44,117 bases of DNA from an uncultured Gammaproteobacteria bacterium (GTDB lineage Bacteria; Pseudomonadota; Gammaproteobacteria; Pseudomonadales; UBA5518). Positions 29,741-38,417 of the stretch are shown in pieces; positions within the stretch are counted from its first letter, which is position 1, and every line of letters starts with the position of its first letter. Both the position numbers and the translations under genes were made by a program. Location: contig CAIXOY010000310.1 in NCBI GenBank assembly GCA_903921135.1, positions 1-44,117 on the forward strand, in the 5' to 3' direction. Below the pieces are notes generated by a model. The model did no database searches and was not told the DNA's origin. It was given only the letters and a program-made list of their open reading frames with translations.

Positions 29741-30577
29741 GCGGGACTCACCGGTATCGCGCATCGCGAGCGCCTGCCGGTAGAGGGCATTGCGGGGAAG
29801 GCCGCTGATCTCGGCTGCGCAGTCCACCGCTTCGCGGAGCGGCAGTCTGGGCAGCAGTGCCTTCAGCAGGCTTTCGCCATCGACGGTGCTTCGATCAGGA
29901 GCCTCGGGAGCGCCGTGGACCAGCACCACGATCTCGCCAAGTTGCTGTTCGGGATCGCTTGCTATGCGGTCATGAAGCTGAGCGATGCTGCCGTGAAGCA
30001 CTGTCTCGTGGACCTTCGTCAATTCACGCGCCAGCGCTGCCTGCCGCTCCTCGCCGAACACGGACTGCAGGTCCTCGAAAAGAGCCAGTACACGCCGCGG
30101 TGACTCGTAGAACACCAGCGTACGCGGCTCGGTCGCCAGTTCGGCAAGGCGTGACCTGCGTGCCGACTCACGCGCAGGAAGGAAACCCTCGAAGACAAAA
30201 CGATCAGAGGGGAGACCCGCAATGCTGAGAGCCGCGATTGCCGCGCAAGGGCCGGGGATACACACGACATCCATGCCCGCCTGTCTGGCCAATCTGACCA
30301 GCCTGAACCCGGGGTCTGATATCAGCGGAGTGCCCGCGTCAGCCACCAGCGCGACGCTGCGCCCGCGCTGCAACTCCGTCAGCAACTCGCACTCGCGGCG
30401 TTCGTCGCTGTGGTCGTGGTAGGCGAGCAGAGAGCGTGAGATGCCGAGATGGCTGAGGAGCGCACGACAGCGCCGCGTATCCTCGGCAGCGACCACGTCT
30501 GCGGATGCGAGCACTTCGACAGCGCGCCGCGTGATGTCACCAAGATTGCCGATCGGGGTCGCGACGATGTAGAGCAT
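29738..30577 (-). CDS. rsmI: 16S rRNA 2'-O-methyltransferase RsmI
   Basis: 279 aa. N-terminal region MLYIVATPIGNLGDITRRAVEVL, tetrapyrrole-methylase fold. Confidence 0.95.
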   Translation of the reverse strand: MLYIVATPIGNLGDITRRAVEVLASADVVAAEDTRRCRALLSHLGISRSLLAYHDHSDERRECELLTELQRGRSVALVADAGTPLISDPGFRLVRLARQAGMDVVCIPGPCAAIAALSIAGLPSDRFVFEGFLPARESARRSRLAELATEPRTLVFYESPRRVLALFEDLQSVFGEERQAALARELTKVHETVLHGSIAQLHDRIASDPEQQLGEIVVLVHGAPEAPDRSTVDGESLLKALLPRLPLREAVDCAAEISGLPRNALYRQALAMRDTGESR

Positions 30578-30646
30578 GCAGCCTCCGCAGACGCAAAGCC
30601 CGCAGATCGTGTGCCGCGAGGCAGGTCAGGCGCTAGTATACGGACC

Positions 30647-32590
30647 ATGAAACATCTGGCCGCATCGACTGTTCTCGCCGCCGCCCTGATCGGTCTGGTC
30701 GGCTGTGGGTCTGCGCCGCCAGAACGGCCCGCTGAAGACGCCACACCCATTGTTGTCGAGACGCCACCACCCGAGCCCTCAGACCCGGTCGAAGCCACGC
30801 TTCTCAGGGCGTCGAGATCATCACCAGGAGAGCGTCCCGGCCTGCTTCTGGACGCGGCAGACATGCTGCTGGCCCGCAAGGAGTACGCCAGGGCAAAAGA
30901 CGTGCTGCGCCAGTCAGGCGGCGCGGATGGACCTCAAGACCAGCGCGTGCGCCGGGCAATCCTGCTGTCCGAAGCCCTTTCCGGGACGGGTGATGCGACA
31001 GCCGCGCTTGATGTGCTCGCCAACGCGGTAGGCACGGAGGATGCCGCGCTGCCACGGGCGCTGGAAGCAGGGCTGCGGGAAGCCCGGGCTCGCGCCCTGC
31101 TTGCACTTGGAAAACCGCTTGAAGCAGCACGTGAGCGCACGTCCCTGCAACCGTGGCTTACAGCCGAAAGCGACCGCGCATCAAACGCAAAGCACATTCT
31201 CGACGCCCTCGGTCGCGTACCGCTCGGCGAACTCGATGCCGCCGTCGCGGACGCCGGGAGCGACGACTGGCGAGCCTGGATCGAACTGTCCGTTACGGCC
31301 CGGGACATGCGGCATTCACCGGGCGTCCAAAGACAACACCTCCAGGAATGGGCGCAGCGCTACTCGGGCATCGCTGCCTTCGGCGCGAACATCCCGGGGC
31401 TGGTGGAAGAAATCTCGAAGGGGATCTCCGAGCCCGCCCGTGTGGCGCTGCTGTTACCGCTGAGCGGCAGGGCGGGCTCCAGTGGCCAAGCCGTCCTGCA
31501 GGGCTACCTTGCAGGGCACTACCGCGCGCTTGCAGCCGGGGAAACACCCCCCGCACTCGCTATCGTCGATACCGGCGGGACACCCGAGGGCTTTTCGGCG
31601 GCTTACCGCCGCACCACGGCGGATGGCGCGACGGTCGTGGTCGGGCCGCTGTTGAAAGAGGAACTCGGGGCATTCCGAACGGGGCTCACGGCCAGCGTTC
31701 CGACGCTGGCACTGAATTTCCTCGACACCCCCGCTGCCGCCATTCCCGGCGTGCAACAGTTCGGCATAGACCTGGCCGACGAAGTGGCCGAACTCGGCTC
31801 GGATGCACGGCGCGAGCAGTTGTCGCGCGCCGTGATCCTGGCGGACGCATCACCGCGCTCCCGCAGGCTGGCAGACGACTTCAGTGCCCGCTGGCAGGCC
31901 TCAGGAGGCGAGTTGATCGACACTCTCTTTCTGGGGGATCTGAACGAGTACCGCCTCAGTCTGGAGCAGACCCTGCACCTCGACCAGAGCCACCACCGTT
32001 CAGAATCACTCGGCCGCGTGACCGGACTGGAGCTTCAGACCGAACCCCGACGGCGGGCGGACATCGACCTCATTGTTCTCCTCGCCGAACCCGCCGGTGC
32101 TCGTTCGATCAGGGCACTGCTGCCCTTCCTGTATGCCGGGGACATACCAGCCCGGGCGACGAGCATCAGCTATTCGGCCGGCTCCGGCCGCGAGGGTGAT
32201 CTGGACCTCGAGTCCGTGCGCTTTCTGGATATGCCGTGGTTCTCGGGCAGCGAGGAATCGCTCCGTACCAAAGCGGTCGCGCAGCGCGGCCCCGTTGAGC
32301 GGCTGATGGCCCTCGGCGTCGACGCACAACGGTTGCAGTCCAGGCTCGCACTGCTGGGCAGCACGAGCGCATGGGGCCTCGGAGGCGCGACGGGTGAGCT
32401 GATCGCAGGTGCAGACGGCAGGTTGCACAGGCGTGCTGTCTGGTACGTCGTTCAAGGAGGACAGGCGAAGGCAGAACTGCCCAGAGCGGGCATTGTGGAA
32501 GCCATATCCAGGGAAGGAGCAGAGGCATGGACAACAGGGGAAGGGACACCCCCATCAACATCGGATGCGGAGCCGAAGACCGCGCACTGA
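30647..32590 (+). CDS. lpoA: penicillin-binding protein activator LpoA (lipoprotein)
   Basis: Start set at MKHLAASTVLAAALIGLVGC (ATG 30647; lipobox LVGC). TPR-like N-domain plus a periplasmic-binding-protein-like C-domain. Divergent from rsmI as in E. coli yraL/yraM. The track's 713-aa form has an implausible extension. Confidence 0.85.
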   Translation: MKHLAASTVLAAALIGLVGCGSAPPERPAEDATPIVVETPPPEPSDPVEATLLRASRSSPGERPGLLLDAADMLLARKEYARAKDVLRQSGGADGPQDQRVRRAILLSEALSGTGDATAALDVLANAVGTEDAALPRALEAGLREARARALLALGKPLEAARERTSLQPWLTAESDRASNAKHILDALGRVPLGELDAAVADAGSDDWRAWIELSVTARDMRHSPGVQRQHLQEWAQRYSGIAAFGANIPGLVEEISKGISEPARVALLLPLSGRAGSSGQAVLQGYLAGHYRALAAGETPPALAIVDTGGTPEGFSAAYRRTTADGATVVVGPLLKEELGAFRTGLTASVPTLALNFLDTPAAAIPGVQQFGIDLADEVAELGSDARREQLSRAVILADASPRSRRLADDFSARWQASGGELIDTLFLGDLNEYRLSLEQTLHLDQSHHRSESLGRVTGLELQTEPRRRADIDLIVLLAEPAGARSIRALLPFLYAGDIPARATSISYSAGSGREGDLDLESVRFLDMPWFSGSEESLRTKAVAQRGPVERLMALGVDAQRLQSRLALLGSTSAWGLGGATGELIAGADGRLHRRAVWYVVQGGQAKAELPRAGIVEAISREGAEAWTTGEGTPPSTSDAEPKTAH

Positions 32591-32898
32591 AGTTTCTGGA
32601 GGACGCGGGGCTCATCCTGCTCGCGCGCAATTTCCGCTGCCGACTCGGTGAGGTAGACCTCATCATGCAAGAGGGCAGTGCGATCGTTTTTGTCGAAGTC
32701 CGAAAACGTCGCAACAGTCGTTTCGGCACCGCGGCGGAAAGCGTCAGCACCTCCAAACTCAGACGGATCCGGGCCGCAGCCGCGCTGTGGTTGCGGGTCG
32801 CGCGCCGGAACAACGCCGCGCGGCTCGATGTGGTGACAATGGACGGTGACGATGTCGCTACGGCGCGCATCGGCTGGATTCGCGGGGTGGATGGGTAG
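32527..32898 (+). CDS. yraN: YraN family (UPF0102) endonuclease-like protein
   Basis: 123 aa. GAEDRALKFLEDAGLILLARNFRCRLGEVDLIMQEGSAIVFVEVRKRR matches the YraN core (GEIDLI...VFVEVR). AGGAG lies about 10 nt upstream of the ATG. Overlaps the lpoA 3' end by 64 nt. Confidence 0.85.
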   Translation: MDNRGRDTPINIGCGAEDRALKFLEDAGLILLARNFRCRLGEVDLIMQEGSAIVFVEVRKRRNSRFGTAAESVSTSKLRRIRAAAALWLRVARRNNAARLDVVTMDGDDVATARIGWIRGVDG

Positions 32899-32911
32899 GA
32901 GCGGACTTTCG

Positions 32912-33502
32912 ATGGACGAACTGAACGATCCCGTGCAACTGTGGTTTACCGGCCATGTAGACACGGTCTATCGCTCTCTCGACGCATTGCACGGCCAGAT
33001 CGCCGCCGCAACCTGGAGCATTCGTGACGCCCTTCTGGGCGGCGGGAGGCTGTTGGTCGGCGGCAGTGGAACAGGCTGCGCGCTGTCGCAGCTCTTTTGC
33101 GCGTCCCTGCTTGCCCGCCTGTCGATGGAGCGGCCCCCGTTGCCCGTCGTCCCCATCGGGAATGATCCGGTCACGCTCGGCGCCATGGCAGACGGCTACG
33201 GCTACCACGAAGCGCTTGCCCGGCACATACAGGCGGTCGCCGCGCCGGGCGATACCGTATTGCTTGTCACTGGCGCCGCAGGCGGCGGACTCGCCCACGC
33301 AATCCGCGCCGCTCACGCGCGGGAGGCGCGCATCATCCTGCTGGGCGGGGGGGCGGGATACGATTCGATGTCCTTGCCAGGGGAGGATGACATCGACATC
33401 CGGATTCCCTCCGAGGAGCCCCCGAGGATCAGCGAATGCCAATTGCTGGTACTGAATTGCCTGGTGGAACTCGTGGAGCGGGAGATCTTCGGGAGCTATT
33501 GA
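32912..33502 (+). CDS. diaA: SIS-domain protein, DiaA/GmhA-like
   Basis: Start chosen at MDELNDP (ATG 32912), 13 nt after the yraN stop, giving 196 aa, the same length as E. coli DiaA. SIS-like region LLVGGSGTGCALSQLFCASLL...VLLVTGAAG...IILLGG. It sits in the diaA slot after yraN. The symbol is assigned by position and fold only. Confidence 0.75.
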   Translation: MDELNDPVQLWFTGHVDTVYRSLDALHGQIAAATWSIRDALLGGGRLLVGGSGTGCALSQLFCASLLARLSMERPPLPVVPIGNDPVTLGAMADGYGYHEALARHIQAVAAPGDTVLLVTGAAGGGLAHAIRAAHAREARIILLGGGAGYDSMSLPGEDDIDIRIPSEEPPRISECQLLVLNCLVELVEREIFGSY

Positions 33503-33511
33503 TCCCGGGCC

Positions 33512-33901
33512 TTACTTCACTACGCGCAAACCCCGCTTTGCCGGAACGGGTGGCGAAGGCGGAGGCACATCATCAGGCGCGGGAGGAGGCGCTTTCTCGG
33601 GCTCGAAGACCATGCCTTGCCCGTTCTCGCGCGCATAGATCCCCAACACTGCTCTTACGGGAGCAAATATGTCCACGGCAATACCGCCGAAGCGCCCCCG
33701 GAACCGGATGTCGTCGTTGGAGATGAGCAGGTTGGCCACGGCACCAGGAGAGATGTTCAGGACGATCTGACCGTCCTTCACATACTGCTGGGGCACTTCG
33801 ACACCCTGTACATGGGCATCGATCAAGACGTAGGGGGTGCAGCCGTTGTCGACAATCCAGTCGTACAGGGCTCTCACAAGGTAAGGACGACTGCTGTTCA
33901 T
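33512..33901 (-). CDS. sspB: ClpXP adaptor SspB
   Basis: 129 aa. N-terminal region MNSSRPYLVRALYDWIVDNGCTPYVLIDA. Pro-rich linker and the C-terminal ClpX-binding tail GLRVVK. Confidence 0.9.
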   Translation of the reverse strand: MNSSRPYLVRALYDWIVDNGCTPYVLIDAHVQGVEVPQQYVKDGQIVLNISPGAVANLLISNDDIRFRGRFGGIAVDIFAPVRAVLGIYARENGQGMVFEPEKAPPPAPDDVPPPSPPVPAKRGLRVVK

Positions 33902-33925
33902 GGTGGTGCTGCATGCCCGCCGGAA

Positions 33926-34585
33926 TCAGCGGCGGCGCATCTCCTTCTCGATCGTGCTCAGACCTTGCTGAAAGGACTCACGGCCGAATATGCGGGCCAT
34001 GTAATCGTGCAGGGGTTTGGTCTGGCGCGTCAGGGGCAGATCGATGCCCAGTGCAGGCAACCGCCAGAGCAGCGGGCCCAGACAGCAATCCAGAAGCGAA
34101 AAATCATCGCTCATGAAGAACTGCCGCTCCCCGAACACGGGCGCAACGGAGACCAACTCCTCGAGCAACTCCCTGCGAGCGACGGCTGCAGGCGCCGCAA
34201 CGCTGTTCGGGTTCGCTGCCACGTCCAGCCGCCGGCACCAGTCTCGCTCGATCCGCTGCAGCAGTTGCCGACTCTGCGCCCTTGCGACCGGGTAGAGCGG
34301 AAGCAGCGGAGGGTGAGGAAAACGCTCGTCAAGGTATTCCATGACCGCGCGGGATTCGTAGAGCACGAGGTCACGGTCTACCAACACGGGCAGGCCGCAA
34401 TACGGGTTCAACTCCGCCAGCTCGGCCGGATAGTCACGTGCATCGACATCAACCACCTGCGCAGTGATGGCCTTTTCCGCGAGCAGGATGCGGATGCGGT
34501 GGCTGTAGTGGTCAGCCGGATCGGAAAAAAGAGCCATGACAGAGCGCTTGGACAGGATTGCCCGGACGTCCTTGCGCTCGGTCAT
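33926..34585 (-). CDS. sspA: stringent starvation protein A (GST-like)
   Basis: 219 aa. SKRSVMALFSDPADHYSHRIRILLAEK parallels E. coli NKRSVMTLFSGPTDIYSHQVRIVLAEK. Starts 31 nt after the bc1 operon stop. Confidence 0.93.
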   Translation of the reverse strand: MTERKDVRAILSKRSVMALFSDPADHYSHRIRILLAEKAITAQVVDVDARDYPAELAELNPYCGLPVLVDRDLVLYESRAVMEYLDERFPHPPLLPLYPVARAQSRQLLQRIERDWCRRLDVAANPNSVAAPAAVARRELLEELVSVAPVFGERQFFMSDDFSLLDCCLGPLLWRLPALGIDLPLTRQTKPLHDYMARIFGRESFQQGLSTIEKEMRRR

Positions 34586-34616
34586 ATCGGTAGCTGCCAG
34601 AAACGGCCAGCCGCGC

Positions 34617-36680
34617 TCAGTGGACGTCCTTCCAGTACTCGCGGTTCAGGAGGTAGGTGAACACCCCGAACACAGCGATGAACATCAGTACATAGACACC
34701 GAGACGCTTGCGCTGGAGTGCCATCGGCTCCGCGACATATGCAAGGAAGTTGGTGAGGTCCGCAACGGCGACATCAAACTCCTCTGTGTTCATGGCACCC
34801 GCTTTCTTGACCTCCAGACGACCACAAGGGTCTTCGAGGATGTCCTGCCCCGTCAGCGGATCGCGCTTCACGCCGCCGTTCTCGGCAAACACCGGACCAG
34901 GCGCGCATTCAGGGAGCCCCTGCAACTCGATGAGCGCATGCGGCATCGCAACATCTTTGAAAGCGCGATTGTTCACGCCCCACGCACGAGAGGGGGAGTC
35001 GTCGCGATAGAAGTTTCGCAAGTAGGTGTAGATGTATTCGGGGGTACGGGAGCGCGCAATGAGGGTGAGATCCGGGGGCGTTGCTCCGAACCACGTTTTG
35101 CCCAGCTTGGCAGGCATTGCGTTGCTCATGAATTCACCAATCTTCGCCTCATCGAAAATGAGGTTCTGCTCGGCCAGCGGGAGGGGAATCCCGAGGTCCG
35201 TTGCCGTTCGCTCATACCGCGCATACTTGAGCGAGTGGCAGCCCATGCAGTAATTGACGAAGTACTTCGAACCCCGCTGGAGGGATTCCTGATCAGCGAG
35301 ATCAGGCACGAAGTGGTCGCAATCGATGGTGCCGCAGGACTTCTCTGCCTCCGCACCGACTGCCTTCAGCGGCAGCACCACAAGCAGCGCGATCACCAGA
35401 AGCACACCCATGGACTTCCAGAAGCCCATGCCCCCGTCCATCGTCACGCGTGCAGGTTCCGGCTTCGTCTTCTCCATGGCCGTGTAAAACGGCATAAGCA
35501 GGAAGAACGCGAAGTACAGCAGCGTGCAAAGCTGGGCCAGAGCCGTGCGCTCCGGCGTGGGAGGCTTCACACCCAGCACCCCCAGTATCACGAATGATGC
35601 AACGAGCACCACGATCGCGATTCGGCTGACCACCCCCTTGTACCGGATCGACTTGACCGGGCTGCGATCGAGCCAGGGCAGCACGAACAGGATCGCAATC
35701 GCCGATGCCATCGTCAGGAAGCCGAGGAACTTGGCCGTGAGCGGACCTATGTCCACGGTGACGGCACGCAGCATCGAGTAGAAGGGCGTGTAGTACCAGA
35801 CCGGAGCGATGTGCAACGGCGTCTTCAGGCCATTCGCCTCCTCGAAGTTGGCGTGCTCGAGGAAATACCCGCCCATTTCAGGCATGAAGAAGATGATCGT
35901 GCAGAACACGAACAGGAATACCGAGATCCCCACGAGGTCGTGCACGGTGTAGTAGGGATGGAAGGCCACGCCATCGAGCGGAACGCCGTTGGCGTCTTTC
36001 TTCTTCTTGATCTCTACCCCGTCAGGGTTGTTGGATCCGACTTCGTGGAGCGCGAGGAGGTGCAACACCACCAAGCCGAGCAGGATCAGAGGAACAGCCA
36101 CCACGTGGAGAGCAAAGAAGCGGTTGAGCGTGATGCCCGAAATGAGGTAATCGCCGCGGATCCACTGCACGATGTCCTCTCCCACCACCGGGATCGCCCC
36201 GAACAGCGAGATGATCACCTGCGCGCCCCAATAGGACATCTGCCCCCACGGCAGCACATACCCGAGGAAACCCTCGGCCATGAGTGCCAGGTAGATTGCC
36301 ATCCCGAAGACCCAGATCAGCTCTCGTGGCTTGCGGTATGAGCCATAGATGAGGCCCCGGAACATGTGCAGATATACAACCGTAAAGAACGCCGACGCCC
36401 CTGTGGAGTGCATGTACCGGATGATCCACCCGTACTCCACGTCACGCATGATGTACTCGACCGAGGCGAATGCCCGCTCCGCAGAGGGCTCGAAGCTCAT
36501 GGTGAGCCAGATACCCGTCAGCAGCTGGTTGACCAGCACAAGCAGGGACAGGACGCCGAAGAAGTACCAGATGTTGAAGTTCTTGGGCGCGTAGTACTTG
36601 CCCATGTGGGTGTTCCACGCCCGCATGATCGGGAGGCGCGCATCCACCCAGTCCCGGAGTGCGATAAGCCTGCTCATCAC
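34617..36680 (-). CDS. petBC: fused cytochrome b / cytochrome c1 of the bc1 complex (single 687-codon ORF)
   Basis: Residues 1-413 are cytochrome b (YMHSTGASAFF, PWGQMSYWGA, PEWYF-like APVWYYTPFY). Residues 414-687 are a complete cytochrome c1 with its own signal-like segment MDGGMGFWKSMGVLLVIALLVVLPLKAVGA/EAEK, heme motif CMGCH and a C-terminal anchor LGVYVLMFIAVFGVFTYLL. I re-read the junction DNA (35430..35460) and found no stop codon. Confidence 0.85.
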   Translation of the reverse strand: MMSRLIALRDWVDARLPIMRAWNTHMGKYYAPKNFNIWYFFGVLSLLVLVNQLLTGIWLTMSFEPSAERAFASVEYIMRDVEYGWIIRYMHSTGASAFFTVVYLHMFRGLIYGSYRKPRELIWVFGMAIYLALMAEGFLGYVLPWGQMSYWGAQVIISLFGAIPVVGEDIVQWIRGDYLISGITLNRFFALHVVAVPLILLGLVVLHLLALHEVGSNNPDGVEIKKKKDANGVPLDGVAFHPYYTVHDLVGISVFLFVFCTIIFFMPEMGGYFLEHANFEEANGLKTPLHIAPVWYYTPFYSMLRAVTVDIGPLTAKFLGFLTMASAIAILFVLPWLDRSPVKSIRYKGVVSRIAIVVLVASFVILGVLGVKPPTPERTALAQLCTLLYFAFFLLMPFYTAMEKTKPEPARVTMDGGMGFWKSMGVLLVIALLVVLPLKAVGAEAEKSCGTIDCDHFVPDLADQESLQRGSKYFVNYCMGCHSLKYARYERTATDLGIPLPLAEQNLIFDEAKIGEFMSNAMPAKLGKTWFGATPPDLTLIARSRTPEYIYTYLRNFYRDDSPSRAWGVNNRAFKDVAMPHALIELQGLPECAPGPVFAENGGVKRDPLTGQDILEDPCGRLEVKKAGAMNTEEFDVAVADLTNFLAYVAEPMALQRKRLGVYVLMFIAVFGVFTYLLNREYWKDVH

Positions 36681-37273
36681 GCGGCCTCCTTGTCTACACC
36701 GATGACGAGAACGCTCTCGCCTTCAAAGGAATGTGGCGGAACCTCGAGGTTGTAGGGCGCAGGAACACCCAGAAGAACACGACCGGCGAGATCGAACTTG
36801 GAGCCGTGGCAAGGGCAGAAGAATCCGCCCTTCCATGCCGCGCCGCCCAGATCAGCCGCGCCGACTTCGGGCCGATACTTGGGAGCACAGCCAAGATGCG
36901 TGCACAGGCCGAGCAGAACGAGGATCTCTGCTTTTATCGCGCGGTTCTGCTTGTCTACGTAGGCAGGCTGTACCGACTCTGCGGAAAGAGGATCGCGCAG
37001 TTGGTCGTCGTGACCGCTCAGGTCCTGGATGGTCTCGGGGGTGCGTCGCACAACGTACACCGGTTTCCCCCGCCACTCGACGACGACCATCTGCCCGGGC
37101 TCGAGCTTGCCGATGTCCGCCTTGACCGGTGCGCCAGCCGCCTTCGCCTTTGCGCTCGGGTTCCAGGACCCGAGAAACGGAGTGGCGACGCCAACGGCGC
37201 CTGCGGCGCCCACGACGGAAGTGGCGACGGTCAGGAACTGCCGCCTGCCCTTGTTCACGACTTGATTGCTCAC
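36677..37273 (-). CDS. petA: ubiquinol-cytochrome c reductase Rieske iron-sulfur subunit
   Basis: 198 aa with a GTG start. Tat-type signal RRQFLTV. Rieske motifs CTHLGC and CPCHGS. ATGA overlap with the downstream cytochrome b start. Confidence 0.95.
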   Translation of the reverse strand: MSNQVVNKGRRQFLTVATSVVGAAGAVGVATPFLGSWNPSAKAKAAGAPVKADIGKLEPGQMVVVEWRGKPVYVVRRTPETIQDLSGHDDQLRDPLSAESVQPAYVDKQNRAIKAEILVLLGLCTHLGCAPKYRPEVGAADLGGAAWKGGFFCPCHGSKFDLAGRVLLGVPAPYNLEVPPHSFEGESVLVIGVDKEAA

Positions 37274-37339
37274 GAAAGGGAATCTCCAGTCCGTATAGGG
37301 ATCGGGCGCAGCCCGAGGATGCTGCTGGGAGCGCGGCGA

Positions 37340-37368
37340 ATGCTAAAGAAATAACTACGCACTGACAA
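37340..37368 (-). promoter_or_regulatory. candidate sigma70 promoter for the bc1 operon (TTGTCA-N17-TAGCAT)
   Basis: On the minus strand, TTGTCA (37368..37363), a 17-nt spacer, then TAGCAT (37345..37340). This is about 65 nt upstream of the petA GTG and just downstream of the rpsI terminator. Motif match only. Confidence 0.35.
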
Positions 37369-37404
37369 GAAAAACGGACTCCGCGCGGCACTCCCGACAC
37401 CCTG

Positions 37405-37443
37405 AAACAGAACGCCCGACTCTCCTGTCGGAGAGTCGGGCGT
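37405..37443 (-). terminator. rho-independent terminator after rplM-rpsI
   Basis: A perfect 14-bp stem ACGCCCGACTCTCC / GGAGAGTCGGGCGT (37412..37425 and 37430..37443) with a 4-nt loop. On the minus strand it is followed by TCTGTTTC. It starts 40 nt after the rpsI stop. Confidence 0.7.
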
Positions 37444-37482
37444 CCGTAGAAAAGGCTCCGCGGGTCGCGGGCCGCAGTGAAC

Positions 37483-37875
37483 TCAGCGCTTGGAGTACTG
37501 CGGGCGCTTGCGAGCCTTGCGAAGACCCACTTTCTTACGCTCGACCTCGCGCGCGTCGCGGGTCACATACCCTTCCTGACGCAGACGGCTCTTGAGGGTC
37601 TCGTCGTACTCGATCAGCGCGCGGGTGATACCGTGGCGGATCGCACCAGCCTGGCCGAAGCTGCCTCCGCCAGTCACCGAGACATTGACGTCGAATTTCT
37701 CGCCCATGCCGACCAGTTCAAGCGGCTGGCGCACGATCATCCGCGCGACCTCCCGACCGAAATACGTCTCGAGCGGCTTGTGGTTGACGGAGATCGCACC
37801 ACGCCCTTGCGTGAGGAATACGCGGGCAGTGGCGGTCTTGCGGCGACCGGTCCCGTAATACTGCGTGGCAGCCAT
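37483..37875 (-). CDS. rpsI: 30S ribosomal protein S9
   Basis: The conserved start is [21 protein letters not shown] (ATG 37875, AAGGA upstream). The protein ends ...KRPQYSKR. 130 aa; the track's 145-aa extension overlaps rplM. Confidence 0.95.
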   Translation of the reverse strand: MAATQYYGTGRRKTATARVFLTQGRGAISVNHKPLETYFGREVARMIVRQPLELVGMGEKFDVNVSVTGGGSFGQAGAIRHGITRALIEYDETLKSRLRQEGYVTRDAREVERKKVGLRKARKRPQYSKR

Positions 37876-37885
37876 GTGGTTTCCT

Positions 37886-38314
37886 TCAGATCTCGAGAGC
37901 TTGCGGCTGCTGTGCCGCATGCGGATGTTCGGCCCCGGAATACACCTTCAGCTTGCGCGCCATGGCGCGACCGAGGGGATTCTTGGGAAGCATGCCCTTG
38001 ACGGCGGTTTCGATGGCGCGAGTGGGTTCGCGGGCAACGAGTTTGTCGAAGCTGATGCTGCGCATCCCACCGGGGTGACCGGTATGGTGATGGTAGATCT
38101 TGTCCCGGGACTTGTTGCCGGTCACCTGAATCTTTCCGGCGTTCACCACGACGATGAAGTCGCCGGTGTCGACGTGGGGGGTGAACTCGGGTTTGTGCTT
38201 GCCACGCAGACGCGAGGCGATTGCGGTAGCGACGCGGCCGAGGGTTTTGCCGCTCGCGTCGACGACGAACCACTGCTGTTCGACGTCACCTGGTTTTGCC
38301 GAGAAGGTCTTCAT
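37886..38314 (-). CDS. rplM: 50S ribosomal protein L13
   Basis: 142 aa. N-terminal region [52 protein letters not shown]. Confidence 0.97.
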   Translation of the reverse strand: MKTFSAKPGDVEQQWFVVDASGKTLGRVATAIASRLRGKHKPEFTPHVDTGDFIVVVNAGKIQVTGNKSRDKIYHHHTGHPGGMRSISFDKLVAREPTRAIETAVKGMLPKNPLGRAMARKLKVYSGAEHPHAAQQPQALEI

Positions 38315-38417
38315 GTTTCCGAGCCAGCCTGAACTAGGGGGAGGACCCCGTAAAAGGGTGCGAATGGTACACCATGGTTTTTCCGAGCGGCAACCGCGCC
38401 CCGGGAAAATTCACGGT

